64,000 bases of DNA, taken from NCBI GenBank assembly GCA_016931255.1, contig JAFGFG010000009.1, positions 164,661-228,660 on the forward strand, in the 5' to 3' direction. Shown piece by piece: positions 18,526 to 27,149 of this stretch (position 1 is the stretch's first letter; every line of letters begins with the position of its first letter). A model generated the notes under the pieces. That model worked only from the letters and a program-made list of their open reading frames with translations. It was not told the DNA's origin and made no database searches. Both the position numbers and the translations under genes were made by a program. Source of the DNA: Candidatus Aenigmatarchaeota archaeon (lineage in GTDB: Archaea > Aenigmatarchaeota > Aenigmatarchaeia > QMZP01 > JAFGSV01).

Positions 18526-18660
18526 TGTTCGGTGGTAGATTCAGATTCAGCTTTGATGACATAGATGGTCATCGGGATAACTACAGGTACTCTGCATCAG
18601 CTTCTCATGGCTACCTGAACAGAATACTCGACAGGAAGCTAAGAGGTCTTTACATTTAGG
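18526..18660 (+). CDS. Mini-protein 5 of 5 (44 aa, below the ORF-track cutoff)
   Basis: An SD (aggtga) lies 6 nt upstream of the ATG. The sequence MFGGRFRFSFDDIDGHRDNYRYSASASHGYLNRILDRKLRGLYI shares the C-terminal [YL]-[AL]-[SN]-R-[LI] motif with the other four. Confidence 0.4.
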
Positions 18661-18789
18661 GCGGCGACGCCCTTTTGAATTTTTGTATCATGGTAAGCCA
18701 ATAAATGATTCAGTCGGATATTTCTTATTTCGTGCTAGAAAATTGATATTAAGAAAGACGCCCAATTATTTAATAACAGGTGTTAAACC

Positions 18790-21700
18790 GTGGCTTTGGA
18801 AGATGGCGCGACCAAAAACAGAGTTGTTGTTATAGCCTTGAGCATAGCGCTCGTATTCGCTGTTTATTTCATTCCGGCTAATTTCACGGGTTTTGTGGCT
18901 TATGCTGTTACTGAGGAAACAGTTGATGGGGAAGGAACGACTCTGGGTGATGGTACTCTTCAAGGAGCTACAGATTACACAGACACTAATTCATTCGACG
19001 GAAACTTTGAGTACATAGAAGAAAATATCAGTAGAAGAGTTAAATGGGACTACGTCTTTAATACAAATTATAATGACACAATACCAGCTAGAATGGAATT
19101 TTTTGCATATTATGTAAATTTTGCAGAATTTGTGATGTTTGGTATTTATAATTATGAATTTTCTCAGTGGGATGTATTGAATCAAACTACACAAAAAAAT
19201 CAAAATTTAAATCTTACATACGTGTTCTCTTGGGATGTAAAGAATCTGACAGATTATATAAATCCAGTAAATGGTGAAATCAAGATATACTTTGAAGACG
19301 TCAACTCCTCGTCCATTCAAAATCTATTTTCAATCGACTACCTCGCCATCAACGTCACTGTGTCGCCGCTGTATGACCTTTCCTATGTGCTGACGAACTC
19401 ATCTGGGGATGCGCAGTCGGACGGCGTCAATGTGACCAGAAGCGGCTACCTCAATGCCTCTGCGCTCTGGAACCTCTCAGGTGTGGAGCAGTCACTTGCA
19501 TGGCTCAATGCAAGCGGCTATGTGAGCACATACAGCTTCCCTCACTACGATTCCAATGACAACTGGACGAATCATACTTTCAACTTCACGAACTATACGC
19601 TGTGCCCGGTTGCCGGGAATGTCAGTGTGAGGCTGAAGGCTTACGATGAGTTCTACCAGCAGAACTTCACGCAGGAGACGCGGTACTTCTACCTGTGGGG
19701 GCAGAGTGCACTTGGAAGCACGATGCTGGTGAATGCCTCGATATACGATGAGAATTATACGATTGCATCCGGCTCTGTTTATCAGGTTTCCTGCATTGTC
19801 ATGGACGCCAACAGCAGTGCTGCTGTTCCCGGCCATAACGTCACTTTCTACGAGGACCATGCTTTCATAGGGTCGGCACTTACGAATTCTACGGGATGGG
19901 CGGGTTTTGTCCATACAGCTTCCAGTGGTGCGGGAAGCCATGACATCATCTGCAACATAACCGATGATGGTTCCGTTTATTATACACTCGGCGGGGCGAA
20001 CACCACCAACACGACAGTCTATTACATCGATGACGTCTACCCGCCTTATTTCACAGAGGACTGGTTCGAGTATGAGGGGCAGAGGCTTGCCAATACATCC
20101 GGCTATTATGAGGCACCTTTCTACAGGAACGTGACACTCGTGGTCAATGCCAGCGACAACACGACGTACGTCACCAGCGTCATAGCGGAGGTAACGCACA
20201 ACGCAGGCACCCATATCAATCATACGCTGGCTGAAGGAGGAGATGGTTTATGGAGGATGGACTTTGACAATTCAGATGCGACAATGTCACTGAACGCCTC
20301 CCTCACATTCCACTTCTATTATCAGGATGCAGGAGGCAACTGGAACAACACGAATGTCGTCGGGCCAGGAGGCAGCCTGAGCCCGAACTGGACCATGCAC
20401 ATAAACCTCACATCCTGGAATTCGTCCGCAGTGTACAACCGCGGCGAGAACCTCACATTCTTCGCTTCGGACATCCACTGGTTTGCCTTTGATGAGGCCA
20501 ACTGGTCGCTGAATGTGAGCAAGTACAACCAAACAGGCAGCAATCTCTTTACTGGCGGCACGCAGGGATACTTCAATTACAGCGTGAATGCTACAGACCC
20601 TCTGGGCAACTGGTCATTACTGGTCAACACTTCATGGATGGACAACAACGGCACTGCGGACTTCACTTTCAATGTAACGGACCAGCTTTCCGTTGCCTTC
20701 ACATCGCCTGCAGGGACAGTCTTCCAGCCGAGTCAGTCCATTAGTCCAATAGTCACTGTGAAGAATGTGAGAGGAGGGATTGTCCCGTGGAACGTCACTG
20801 TCAACGTATCGTGCAATGGCGGGGAATACATGACGCTACTGAGGTCAGGCAACAGCTACATAATGAACGCATCTGACAACTCGCATACATGCACTGCTCC
20901 GGGTTCTTACAGTGCGTCCTTCAGCATCTCGGCGAATGTCACATGCCCGTACAACAACAGCAATGTGCTTGAGACTCTGTCACTCTCGACTGTGTCTGAA
21001 GGCGGCGGGTCGAATCCACCGGGAAGCAGCGGAAGCACTGTCTACATACCGCCTGCCTGCAACTGCACTGAATGGAAGGACGTGGACTGCGGCTCAGGGA
21101 ACTGCACTGAGGACGAGATGTATCAGGAAAGGGTGTGCGTTCCTTCCGGTTGCGAGGCCGAGGCGAGATGCATAGCTGTATCGGAGTGCAGGGACAGGAA
21201 GAACTTCCAGATAACGTCATACACTGAAGTGGTTGAGGTTACGCAGGGAAAGAACGGCACTGCATTGTTCACAGTGGAGAACACAGGCAACAAGGACTTC
21301 AGCCTTGCGATAAAACTTGACCATGACTGCTGCAGCATGTTTCCGAGATTCAATGAGTTCAGTCTTCCACAGAAGACAAGCGTTAGCATTCCGATAGTCA
21401 TTCATGCACCGCTTTCACAGGAGCCGGGTGAATACACGATGGAGGTGAAATTCACGGAACAGGATTTCGAGAAGACGGAGACCGTGAGGATTATTGTCAA
21501 TCCCAATGAGATGATTGATGAGCTCAGCAGTTTCAGGTCTCTTCTCAACAGCCTGCGGGAGCAGATTGATGTACTGGAGAATGCCGGCGTGGATGTCACA
21601 GGCCTCAGGAGGCAGCTGGACGAGCTGGCAGCAGCCATAGATTCCGCCCAGAGAAGCACGATTGAAGACGACCTGAATGCATTTGGCGCAATGCTGGACA

Positions 21701-22224
21701 GCATCCAGTCGGTTTCTGATTCAGTGAATGAGTCGCTTCTTCCTGTGAAACTGCAGGGATTCTTCTACATGTCATGGTACATGTTCGCAGCGATTTTAAT
21801 GGCTGCTCTGGTTGAGGTGTACCTGCTGAGACAATTCATGCTTCCTCCTGTTATCAATGAGGGAAGAATAAGAAGGCTTCGCGGAAAGCTTGATGATATC
21901 ACAAGTGCAAAGAAAGACACCCTGCGCAAGTACAGCAACAGGAAGATAGATGAGAAGAGCTTCGGGACGCTCTCCGAGAAATACTCCAGCGAAACAAGCA
22001 TGGTGAATTCTGAGATCATCAGGCTGGAGGAAGAGAAGAGGAACGCTCTGTCATCAGGGCCCAGTTTCAGCGGCTTCGCACGATGGCTGCTTCACAGGAA
22101 GACAGAAGAGGAAAAGAAGAGGGAGACGTCATCAAAGAGCAAGGCGAAGAACACGAAGATGATGGATTTCCAGAAAAAGTATCTCGACGCCAAGAAGCGG
22201 CAGGAAGAGATGGACAGAAGATAG
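18790..22224 (+). CDS. Giant N-glycosylated type-I surface membrane protein (1144 aa). It starts with GTG and is a paralog of 1239..4286
   Basis: An N-terminal TM (VVVIALSIALVFAVYFIPA) is followed by a very high density of N-x-S/T sequons. The C-terminal part has a Cys-rich module (PACNCTEWKDVDCGSGNCTEDEMYQERVCVPSGCEAEARC), VENTGNKDFSLAIKLD, a coiled-coil, a TM (FFYMSWYMFAAILMAALVEVYLL) and a K/R/E-rich tail. Confidence 0.7.
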   Translation: MALEDGATKNRVVVIALSIALVFAVYFIPANFTGFVAYAVTEETVDGEGTTLGDGTLQGATDYTDTNSFDGNFEYIEENISRRVKWDYVFNTNYNDTIPARMEFFAYYVNFAEFVMFGIYNYEFSQWDVLNQTTQKNQNLNLTYVFSWDVKNLTDYINPVNGEIKIYFEDVNSSSIQNLFSIDYLAINVTVSPLYDLSYVLTNSSGDAQSDGVNVTRSGYLNASALWNLSGVEQSLAWLNASGYVSTYSFPHYDSNDNWTNHTFNFTNYTLCPVAGNVSVRLKAYDEFYQQNFTQETRYFYLWGQSALGSTMLVNASIYDENYTIASGSVYQVSCIVMDANSSAAVPGHNVTFYEDHAFIGSALTNSTGWAGFVHTASSGAGSHDIICNITDDGSVYYTLGGANTTNTTVYYIDDVYPPYFTEDWFEYEGQRLANTSGYYEAPFYRNVTLVVNASDNTTYVTSVIAEVTHNAGTHINHTLAEGGDGLWRMDFDNSDATMSLNASLTFHFYYQDAGGNWNNTNVVGPGGSLSPNWTMHINLTSWNSSAVYNRGENLTFFASDIHWFAFDEANWSLNVSKYNQTGSNLFTGGTQGYFNYSVNATDPLGNWSLLVNTSWMDNNGTADFTFNVTDQLSVAFTSPAGTVFQPSQSISPIVTVKNVRGGIVPWNVTVNVSCNGGEYMTLLRSGNSYIMNASDNSHTCTAPGSYSASFSISANVTCPYNNSNVLETLSLSTVSEGGGSNPPGSSGSTVYIPPACNCTEWKDVDCGSGNCTEDEMYQERVCVPSGCEAEARCIAVSECRDRKNFQITSYTEVVEVTQGKNGTALFTVENTGNKDFSLAIKLDHDCCSMFPRFNEFSLPQKTSVSIPIVIHAPLSQEPGEYTMEVKFTEQDFEKTETVRIIVNPNEMIDELSSFRSLLNSLREQIDVLENAGVDVTGLRRQLDELAAAIDSAQRSTIEDDLNAFGAMLDSIQSVSDSVNESLLPVKLQGFFYMSWYMFAAILMAALVEVYLLRQFMLPPVINEGRIRRLRGKLDDITSAKKDTLRKYSNRKIDEKSFGTLSEKYSSETSMVNSEIIRLEEEKRNALSSGPSFSGFARWLLHRKTEEEKKRETSSKSKAKNTKMMDFQKKYLDAKKRQEEMDRR

Positions 22225-22443
22225 TCAGTCTGCTGTGACGTCCATGTAGAGTATGTGCTTTCTGTTCTCCCTTACAGGGCCTTTGCAGTGATAGCAGAAC
22301 TGTCTGTTGCCGTCGACGAATCCCGGAATGTATCCCCCGTCATTGAGACTGACATCGGATTCCGGTATCATCACGAAGCCGCCTGAGAAAGGCGCAATGC
22401 TTATTTCCCTTCCGGTAATGTTAAGTTTCCTGTATTCGACCAT
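22225..22443 (-). CDS. Small hypothetical protein (72 aa) downstream of mscS
   Basis: A clean ORF with coding-like composition, a Gly-rich beta-like sequence and a single CYHC motif. No family is recognised. Confidence 0.3.
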   Translation of the reverse strand: MVEYRKLNITGREISIAPFSGGFVMIPESDVSLNDGGYIPGFVDGNRQFCYHCKGPVRENRKHILYMDVTAD

Positions 22444-22472
22444 GAGAATAAGTGGAGAAAAGAAATTAAAGT

Positions 22473-23588
22473 CTACTTCTTCCGCGGTTTTCTGGCGGCT
22501 TTCACATGTTTGGGCGCACTGCTGTCGAAGTGGACGTCCATCTGCGGGAACGCTATCTCTATGCCTTCCCTGTCGAAGCGCTTCTTGATGTTCTTGATGA
22601 AGCCGTGCGTCGCGAAGTACGTGTCTCCCAGCGTCTTCGTTCTCATTATCACGCGGAAGTTTATGCTGGAACTTCCGAATTCCCTGAACCTGAATACCGG
22701 CTCAAAATCCTTGACCCCGTTGTATTCATTCAATGTCTCTTTGGCCACTTCCAGAGCCACCTTCTCTACCTTCTCGAGGTCAGAATCATACGCAACCCCG
22801 CAGTCCACAGTGAATCCAGCTGTCGGGTCCGGGATGCTGTAGTTTATTATCTTGCTGTCAGCTATCTTGCTGTTCGGAAGGACAACGATGTTGTTGGTGA
22901 ATGTCCTTATCTTCGTGCTTCTCCATCCTATGTCCATGACAACGCCCTTCTCAAGCGACTCTATCTCTATGTAATCCCCTATCCTTATCGGCCTGTCGGC
23001 TACCATCTGCGCGCCTGAAAAGAAGTTGGTGAGAGTCGGCTGGAGCGCAAGGGCCACAGCGAGTCCGCCTATGCCCAGTGCCGCTATCGCGGTCTCGACC
23101 TTGACGCCAAGCTGGTTGAAGACTATGAGTATCAGCACGCCGAATATCAGGGCGTATATGAGCTTCTTGACTATCGGCAGAAGCTGGTCATCGACCTTGG
23201 AGTTGGTCTTCGAAGCCACTTCAGTTGTATACCAGTCAATGAGCCCTCCTGCTATTCTCGATGCAAGGTAGCCGATGAAAAGCGGCACCAGTATAGTGTA
23301 AATCATCCTTATCTCGTTGACATATGCGTCAAGGATTGACATGTATTCAAGCGCCATGACTATGCCTATTATGACTATACCCACCTTCAGCGGGCCCTTT
23401 ACTGCCTCAAGTATCTTGTCATCAAGGCTGATCTTGCTTCTGGATGTTATGTGCCTCTCTATGAGCGTGATGATGTAGCTGGCTATGTTTGCTATCATGA
23501 ATGACAGCGCTATCAGTATCGCGGAGACGACATACTGCGTGTAAACAGGTCCCGCAAATCCAGAAACAATGTTTATGAGCCAGTCCAT
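22473..23588 (-). CDS. mscS: Small-conductance mechanosensitive channel (MscS family). The start is re-set to MDWLINIV
   Basis: Three N-terminal TM helices, the pore helix AIAALGIGGLAVALALQPTLTNFFSG, and a beta-domain IRIGDYIEI...GVVMDIGWRSTKIRT. The upstream 50 aa of the tracked ORF are featureless. Confidence 0.8.
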   Translation of the reverse strand: MDWLINIVSGFAGPVYTQYVVSAILIALSFMIANIASYIITLIERHITSRSKISLDDKILEAVKGPLKVGIVIIGIVMALEYMSILDAYVNEIRMIYTILVPLFIGYLASRIAGGLIDWYTTEVASKTNSKVDDQLLPIVKKLIYALIFGVLILIVFNQLGVKVETAIAALGIGGLAVALALQPTLTNFFSGAQMVADRPIRIGDYIEIESLEKGVVMDIGWRSTKIRTFTNNIVVLPNSKIADSKIINYSIPDPTAGFTVDCGVAYDSDLEKVEKVALEVAKETLNEYNGVKDFEPVFRFREFGSSSINFRVIMRTKTLGDTYFATHGFIKNIKKRFDREGIEIAFPQMDVHFDSSAPKHVKAARKPRKK

Positions 23589-23631
23589 TCGTAGAATATT
23601 ATTTCGGTATTTAAAAAAGTCTGACCAATAG

Positions 23632-24453
23632 ATGTTTATGCCGGCAAAAAAGAGAAAATCCTCAAAGGAACACGGCCTTGAGAAAGGCGTGGAGAATTTC
23701 TCAGAGGAGATGGGGAAGCTGGGCGAGAGGTTTGGCAATCACTTCGAGAAGAAGGGAAAATCATTTGACACGTGGTTCAGCTCGACATTCGGGATAGTCG
23801 GTCCTTTTATTTCAAGCATCTTCGGGCTCATCATAATAGCGGTTATGCTCTGGGTGCTGTCGCTGGTTAACATGCCCATAGGAAGCGGGCTGCTCAATCA
23901 CATCTATTACTTCCTGGCTGCGCACATATCATGGTTCTTCCTGATATTGCTTTTCTTCTCATACACGGCATTCATTTCAAGGAAGTTCCCCGGAGAGTAC
24001 AGGCTGCTTTCGCCTGTTGTGTCAGCAGCTGTAATCGTTGTAGCTTTCTGGCTGATATCCAGCGCACTGAGGATAGCGAGCCTTTCACTGGGCGTTGAGC
24101 TGTTCACGTCCGCTGCAGTCTTCATTGACAGCATGCTCATAACATTCTTCTACATATTCACGCTTCTCGGATATCTCATACTCCTCCTGATAGCGCTGAC
24201 AAAAGGTTTTGAGAGGAAGGCAAAGAAACATGCATTTTCAGGAAAGGAGCTTCCGGGCAAGAGGCTCTACAGGTCTGGAGACGAGAGGATTCTCGGCGGC
24301 GTGTGCGGGGGGATAGGCGAATACCTCGGGGTGGACCCTGTGCTGATAAGGATACTCTGGGTTCTCGGCTCCCTCGCATGGGGCTCCGGAATAATAGCCT
24401 ACATACTGCTCTGGATAATAATACCTAGAAATCCCAGGCACAAATGGAATTGA
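23632..24453 (+). CDS. Membrane protein with a C-terminal PspC domain
   Basis: The segment RLYRSGDERILGGVCGGIGEYLGVDPVLIRILWVL matches the PspC signature, and at least four TM helices lie upstream of it. Confidence 0.7.
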   Translation: MFMPAKKRKSSKEHGLEKGVENFSEEMGKLGERFGNHFEKKGKSFDTWFSSTFGIVGPFISSIFGLIIIAVMLWVLSLVNMPIGSGLLNHIYYFLAAHISWFFLILLFFSYTAFISRKFPGEYRLLSPVVSAAVIVVAFWLISSALRIASLSLGVELFTSAAVFIDSMLITFFYIFTLLGYLILLLIALTKGFERKAKKHAFSGKELPGKRLYRSGDERILGGVCGGIGEYLGVDPVLIRILWVLGSLAWGSGIIAYILLWIIIPRNPRHKWN

Positions 24454-24456
24454 TAC

Positions 24457-24726
24457 CTAGCGTTTTCTGGAATAGTGCACCTTCATCGCGATGAGCAGGA
24501 TGGCCATTGCGAATATGGCTATGTTCGCGTATATCACCACTCCGTCGCCTATGTGGATGCCATATGCTATCCAGAGGAATATCCCGAGCGCTATTATGAT
24601 GAGATACCACATGGAGAAATCATCCATCTTCTTGGTGTGGTAACTTCTCGTCATCTGCGGCACGTATGACAGTATGACGCACAGCGTGGCGGCTAATCCT
24701 ACGGTTTCCCAGAACATGAAGCTCAC
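24457..24726 (-). CDS. SemiSWEET / PQ-loop sugar transporter (89 aa, 3 TM)
   Basis: The PQ motif LSYVPQMTRSYHTKK follows TM1. The size and topology fit semiSWEET. It overlaps the pgk stop by 4 nt. Confidence 0.6.
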   Translation of the reverse strand: MSFMFWETVGLAATLCVILSYVPQMTRSYHTKKMDDFSMWYLIIIALGIFLWIAYGIHIGDGVVIYANIAIFAMAILLIAMKVHYSRKR

Positions 24727-26084
24727 GACTCCAGCACTTCTATCCCTGGAAGGCTTCCTTTCTCAATGAATTCGAGTGTTGAGCCTCCGCCTATGCTGGC
24801 GTGGCTTATCTTCACACCGACTGTGTTAACGAGGAGAGTGCTTTCACCGCCTGCTGTGACTGTCACTACACCGTGCCTTGTGGCATCCTCGAGCGCCTTT
24901 GCAATCTTGGTGCTTCCCCTCGCTGCCTCAGGGACCTTCTTGTCGAACATTCCCACTGGTCCTGACATCACCACGAAGCCTGCGGAATTTATCACACCGA
25001 TGAATGCATCTATGGTTTTCGGACCTATGTCCAGCGCCTTCCAGCCCTTCTCAATTGATGACGATACCTTGAGCTCTTCCTTCTTCATCACGAGATGGTC
25101 TTCAGGAATCATGACATTTATTCCTTTCTCCCTTGCCTTGAGAAGGACTCTTCCCGCGAGCATAATCTGGTCGTGTATCTGGTCCTCTGCTATGTAGGAA
25201 TCTCCGATTATATTTTTGATGTCACCTGATGATATCTTTGACACGGCATCGGGACCGTCTCTCACCCTGCCGAGGTTCTCCCTGGCTATCATGAATGTGT
25301 ATGCAACAGCCCCGCCAACGAGTATCCTGTCCTGCTTCTGCATGCGGTCCAGAAGCTTGAGAGCCACAGTTATCTTTGACACCACACCCGGCTTGGTCTC
25401 TATTTTCTTGCCTGCGAGTATGAACACGAACGGCTTTCTTTTGGCTTTATCCAGTTCCTTGCTTATGTTTCCTATGTATTCTATCTCTTCCATTAGGTGG
25501 ATGCCTGCATACCTCTTCTCCATGTGCTTGGCCATTGGCACTATGTCAGCAGCAGGACGGTGCCTCTGCGCGAAATCATCAGCCACGTATATGTCGACCA
25601 TGTCAGCAAGCGTCCTGGCGTAGGACTCGTCACCCTTGTTGTACTGGCTGTCAAACCTCGGGTTCTCAAGGACCAGCACCTGGCCGTCCTGGAGTCCTGA
25701 AATGCTTTTCCTGATTATCTCAAAATTGTCAGCTATCCCCCTGAAATTTCCGTCAAGGTCTGACGGCGCGAATAGCAGCTCATGTTTCAGCAGCTTCATC
25801 TCACCAAGCCGCTTCTTTATGTAGTAGTAGACTGTTATGGTGCTCTTTTCCTTCTCGATACCGTCAGGCCTTCCAAGCCAGCCGGGCTGAAGGACAATCC
25901 GGGCGCCGTTTTTTATCAGGTAAGCCAGCGTTGGAAGGAATGACTCTATCCTTGATATGTCATTTATCCTTGATACGTCATCAAGCTCCCTGTCATCCCT
26001 CAGCGGGACGTCAGCTGAGCCTCTCAGAAAAACAACAGACCCCTTGAGGGCTGATTTCCTCAGTTCTTCAACAGAGTGAATCAT
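24723..26084 (-). CDS. pgk: Phosphoglycerate kinase
   Basis: It has the C-terminal GGGSTLEF signature and the N-terminal VVFLRGSADVPL substrate-binding region. It lies directly downstream of gap. Confidence 0.85.
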   Translation of the reverse strand: MIHSVEELRKSALKGSVVFLRGSADVPLRDDRELDDVSRINDISRIESFLPTLAYLIKNGARIVLQPGWLGRPDGIEKEKSTITVYYYIKKRLGEMKLLKHELLFAPSDLDGNFRGIADNFEIIRKSISGLQDGQVLVLENPRFDSQYNKGDESYARTLADMVDIYVADDFAQRHRPAADIVPMAKHMEKRYAGIHLMEEIEYIGNISKELDKAKRKPFVFILAGKKIETKPGVVSKITVALKLLDRMQKQDRILVGGAVAYTFMIARENLGRVRDGPDAVSKISSGDIKNIIGDSYIAEDQIHDQIMLAGRVLLKAREKGINVMIPEDHLVMKKEELKVSSSIEKGWKALDIGPKTIDAFIGVINSAGFVVMSGPVGMFDKKVPEAARGSTKIAKALEDATRHGVVTVTAGGESTLLVNTVGVKISHASIGGGSTLEFIEKGSLPGIEVLES

Positions 26085-26088
26085 CTGC

Positions 26089-27099
26089 TCACCTCCATTT
26101 TCTCTTCATGAAGTCAATGAGGTCAACAAGCCTGTTGGAATATCCCCATTCATTGTCGTACCATGAGAAAACCTCTATCAGGTCGCCTTCCGCATTGGTG
26201 AGAAGCGAGTCGAATATGGATGAGTGCGGATTCTTTATTATGTCAGTTGATACCAGCGGCTCCTCTGAATACTGCAGTATTCCCCTGAGATTGCCTTCAG
26301 CTGCCTTCTTCATCACCTCGTTCACCTTCTCGGGCGGTGTCGGCTTCTTCTTAAGTTCCACCACAAGGTCTACTATCGAGCCGTTTGCAACAGGCACTCT
26401 TATCGCAGAGCCTGTGATTTTTCCGCCAACCTTCGGTATGACCTTCCCGAGAGCTTTTGCAGCTCCTGTGCTTGTTGGTATTATGTTCAGCGCAGCAGCC
26501 CTCGCCCTTCTCATGTCCTTGTGTGGTGCGTCAAGCAGCATCTGGTCTGATGTGTATCCGTGTATGGTTGTCATGAAACCCTTGACTATGCCAAACTCGT
26601 CATCAAGCACCTTGACAACAGGCGCAAGGCAGTTTGTCGTGCACGATGCATTGGATATTATCATGTCCTTCTTGTGGTCGTATGTCTCCTCGTTGACCCC
26701 CAGAACTATCTGCTTTATGGGCTTGTCATCCTTCGGAGGGGCTGAGAGGACAACCTTTCTGGCGCCTGCATTCAGGTGCTTCTCCGCATCCTCATACTTC
26801 CTGAATCTTCCTGTTGATTCAAGGACAACGTCTATCTTCAGCTTTCCCCACGGAAGCATCGCAGGGTCCTTTTCAGCGAATGTGGAAATCTTCCTGTTGT
26901 TCACCTTTATGAAACCATTGCCCCACTCTGTCTTTCCGTCAAATGGACCAAAAACCGAATCATACTTGAAAAGCCTTCCCAATGTCTTGGCATCAGCAAG
27001 GTCATTTATCGCAACAACGCTGAAGGACCTGCTCCTAAGAGAAGCCTTCAGGAAGTTCCTTCCGATACGGCCGAAGCCGTTGATTGCAACTTTAAGCAT
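26089..27099 (-). CDS. gap: Glyceraldehyde-3-phosphate dehydrogenase, type I (bacterial-type). The start is re-set to MLKVAINGFGRIGR
   Basis: The NAD-binding N-terminus AINGFGRIGRNFLKA and the catalytic motif SNASCTTNCLAPV are both present. Confidence 0.9.
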   Translation of the reverse strand: MLKVAINGFGRIGRNFLKASLRSRSFSVVAINDLADAKTLGRLFKYDSVFGPFDGKTEWGNGFIKVNNRKISTFAEKDPAMLPWGKLKIDVVLESTGRFRKYEDAEKHLNAGARKVVLSAPPKDDKPIKQIVLGVNEETYDHKKDMIISNASCTTNCLAPVVKVLDDEFGIVKGFMTTIHGYTSDQMLLDAPHKDMRRARAAALNIIPTSTGAAKALGKVIPKVGGKITGSAIRVPVANGSIVDLVVELKKKPTPPEKVNEVMKKAAEGNLRGILQYSEEPLVSTDIIKNPHSSIFDSLLTNAEGDLIEVFSWYDNEWGYSNRLVDLIDFMKRKWR

Positions 27100-27149
27100 A
27101 TAATCAACCTGTAACAATGTGTATAATTGCATTAATATCCTAAAAAGGT

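Noticed and set aside
19492-21704. Several minus-strand ORFs (for example 19492..20223, 20939..21220, 21402..21704) inside the second surface-protein gene
   Set aside because: They are antisense artefacts of a long, compositionally biased gene, and their Cys/Arg/His-rich translations look unnatural.
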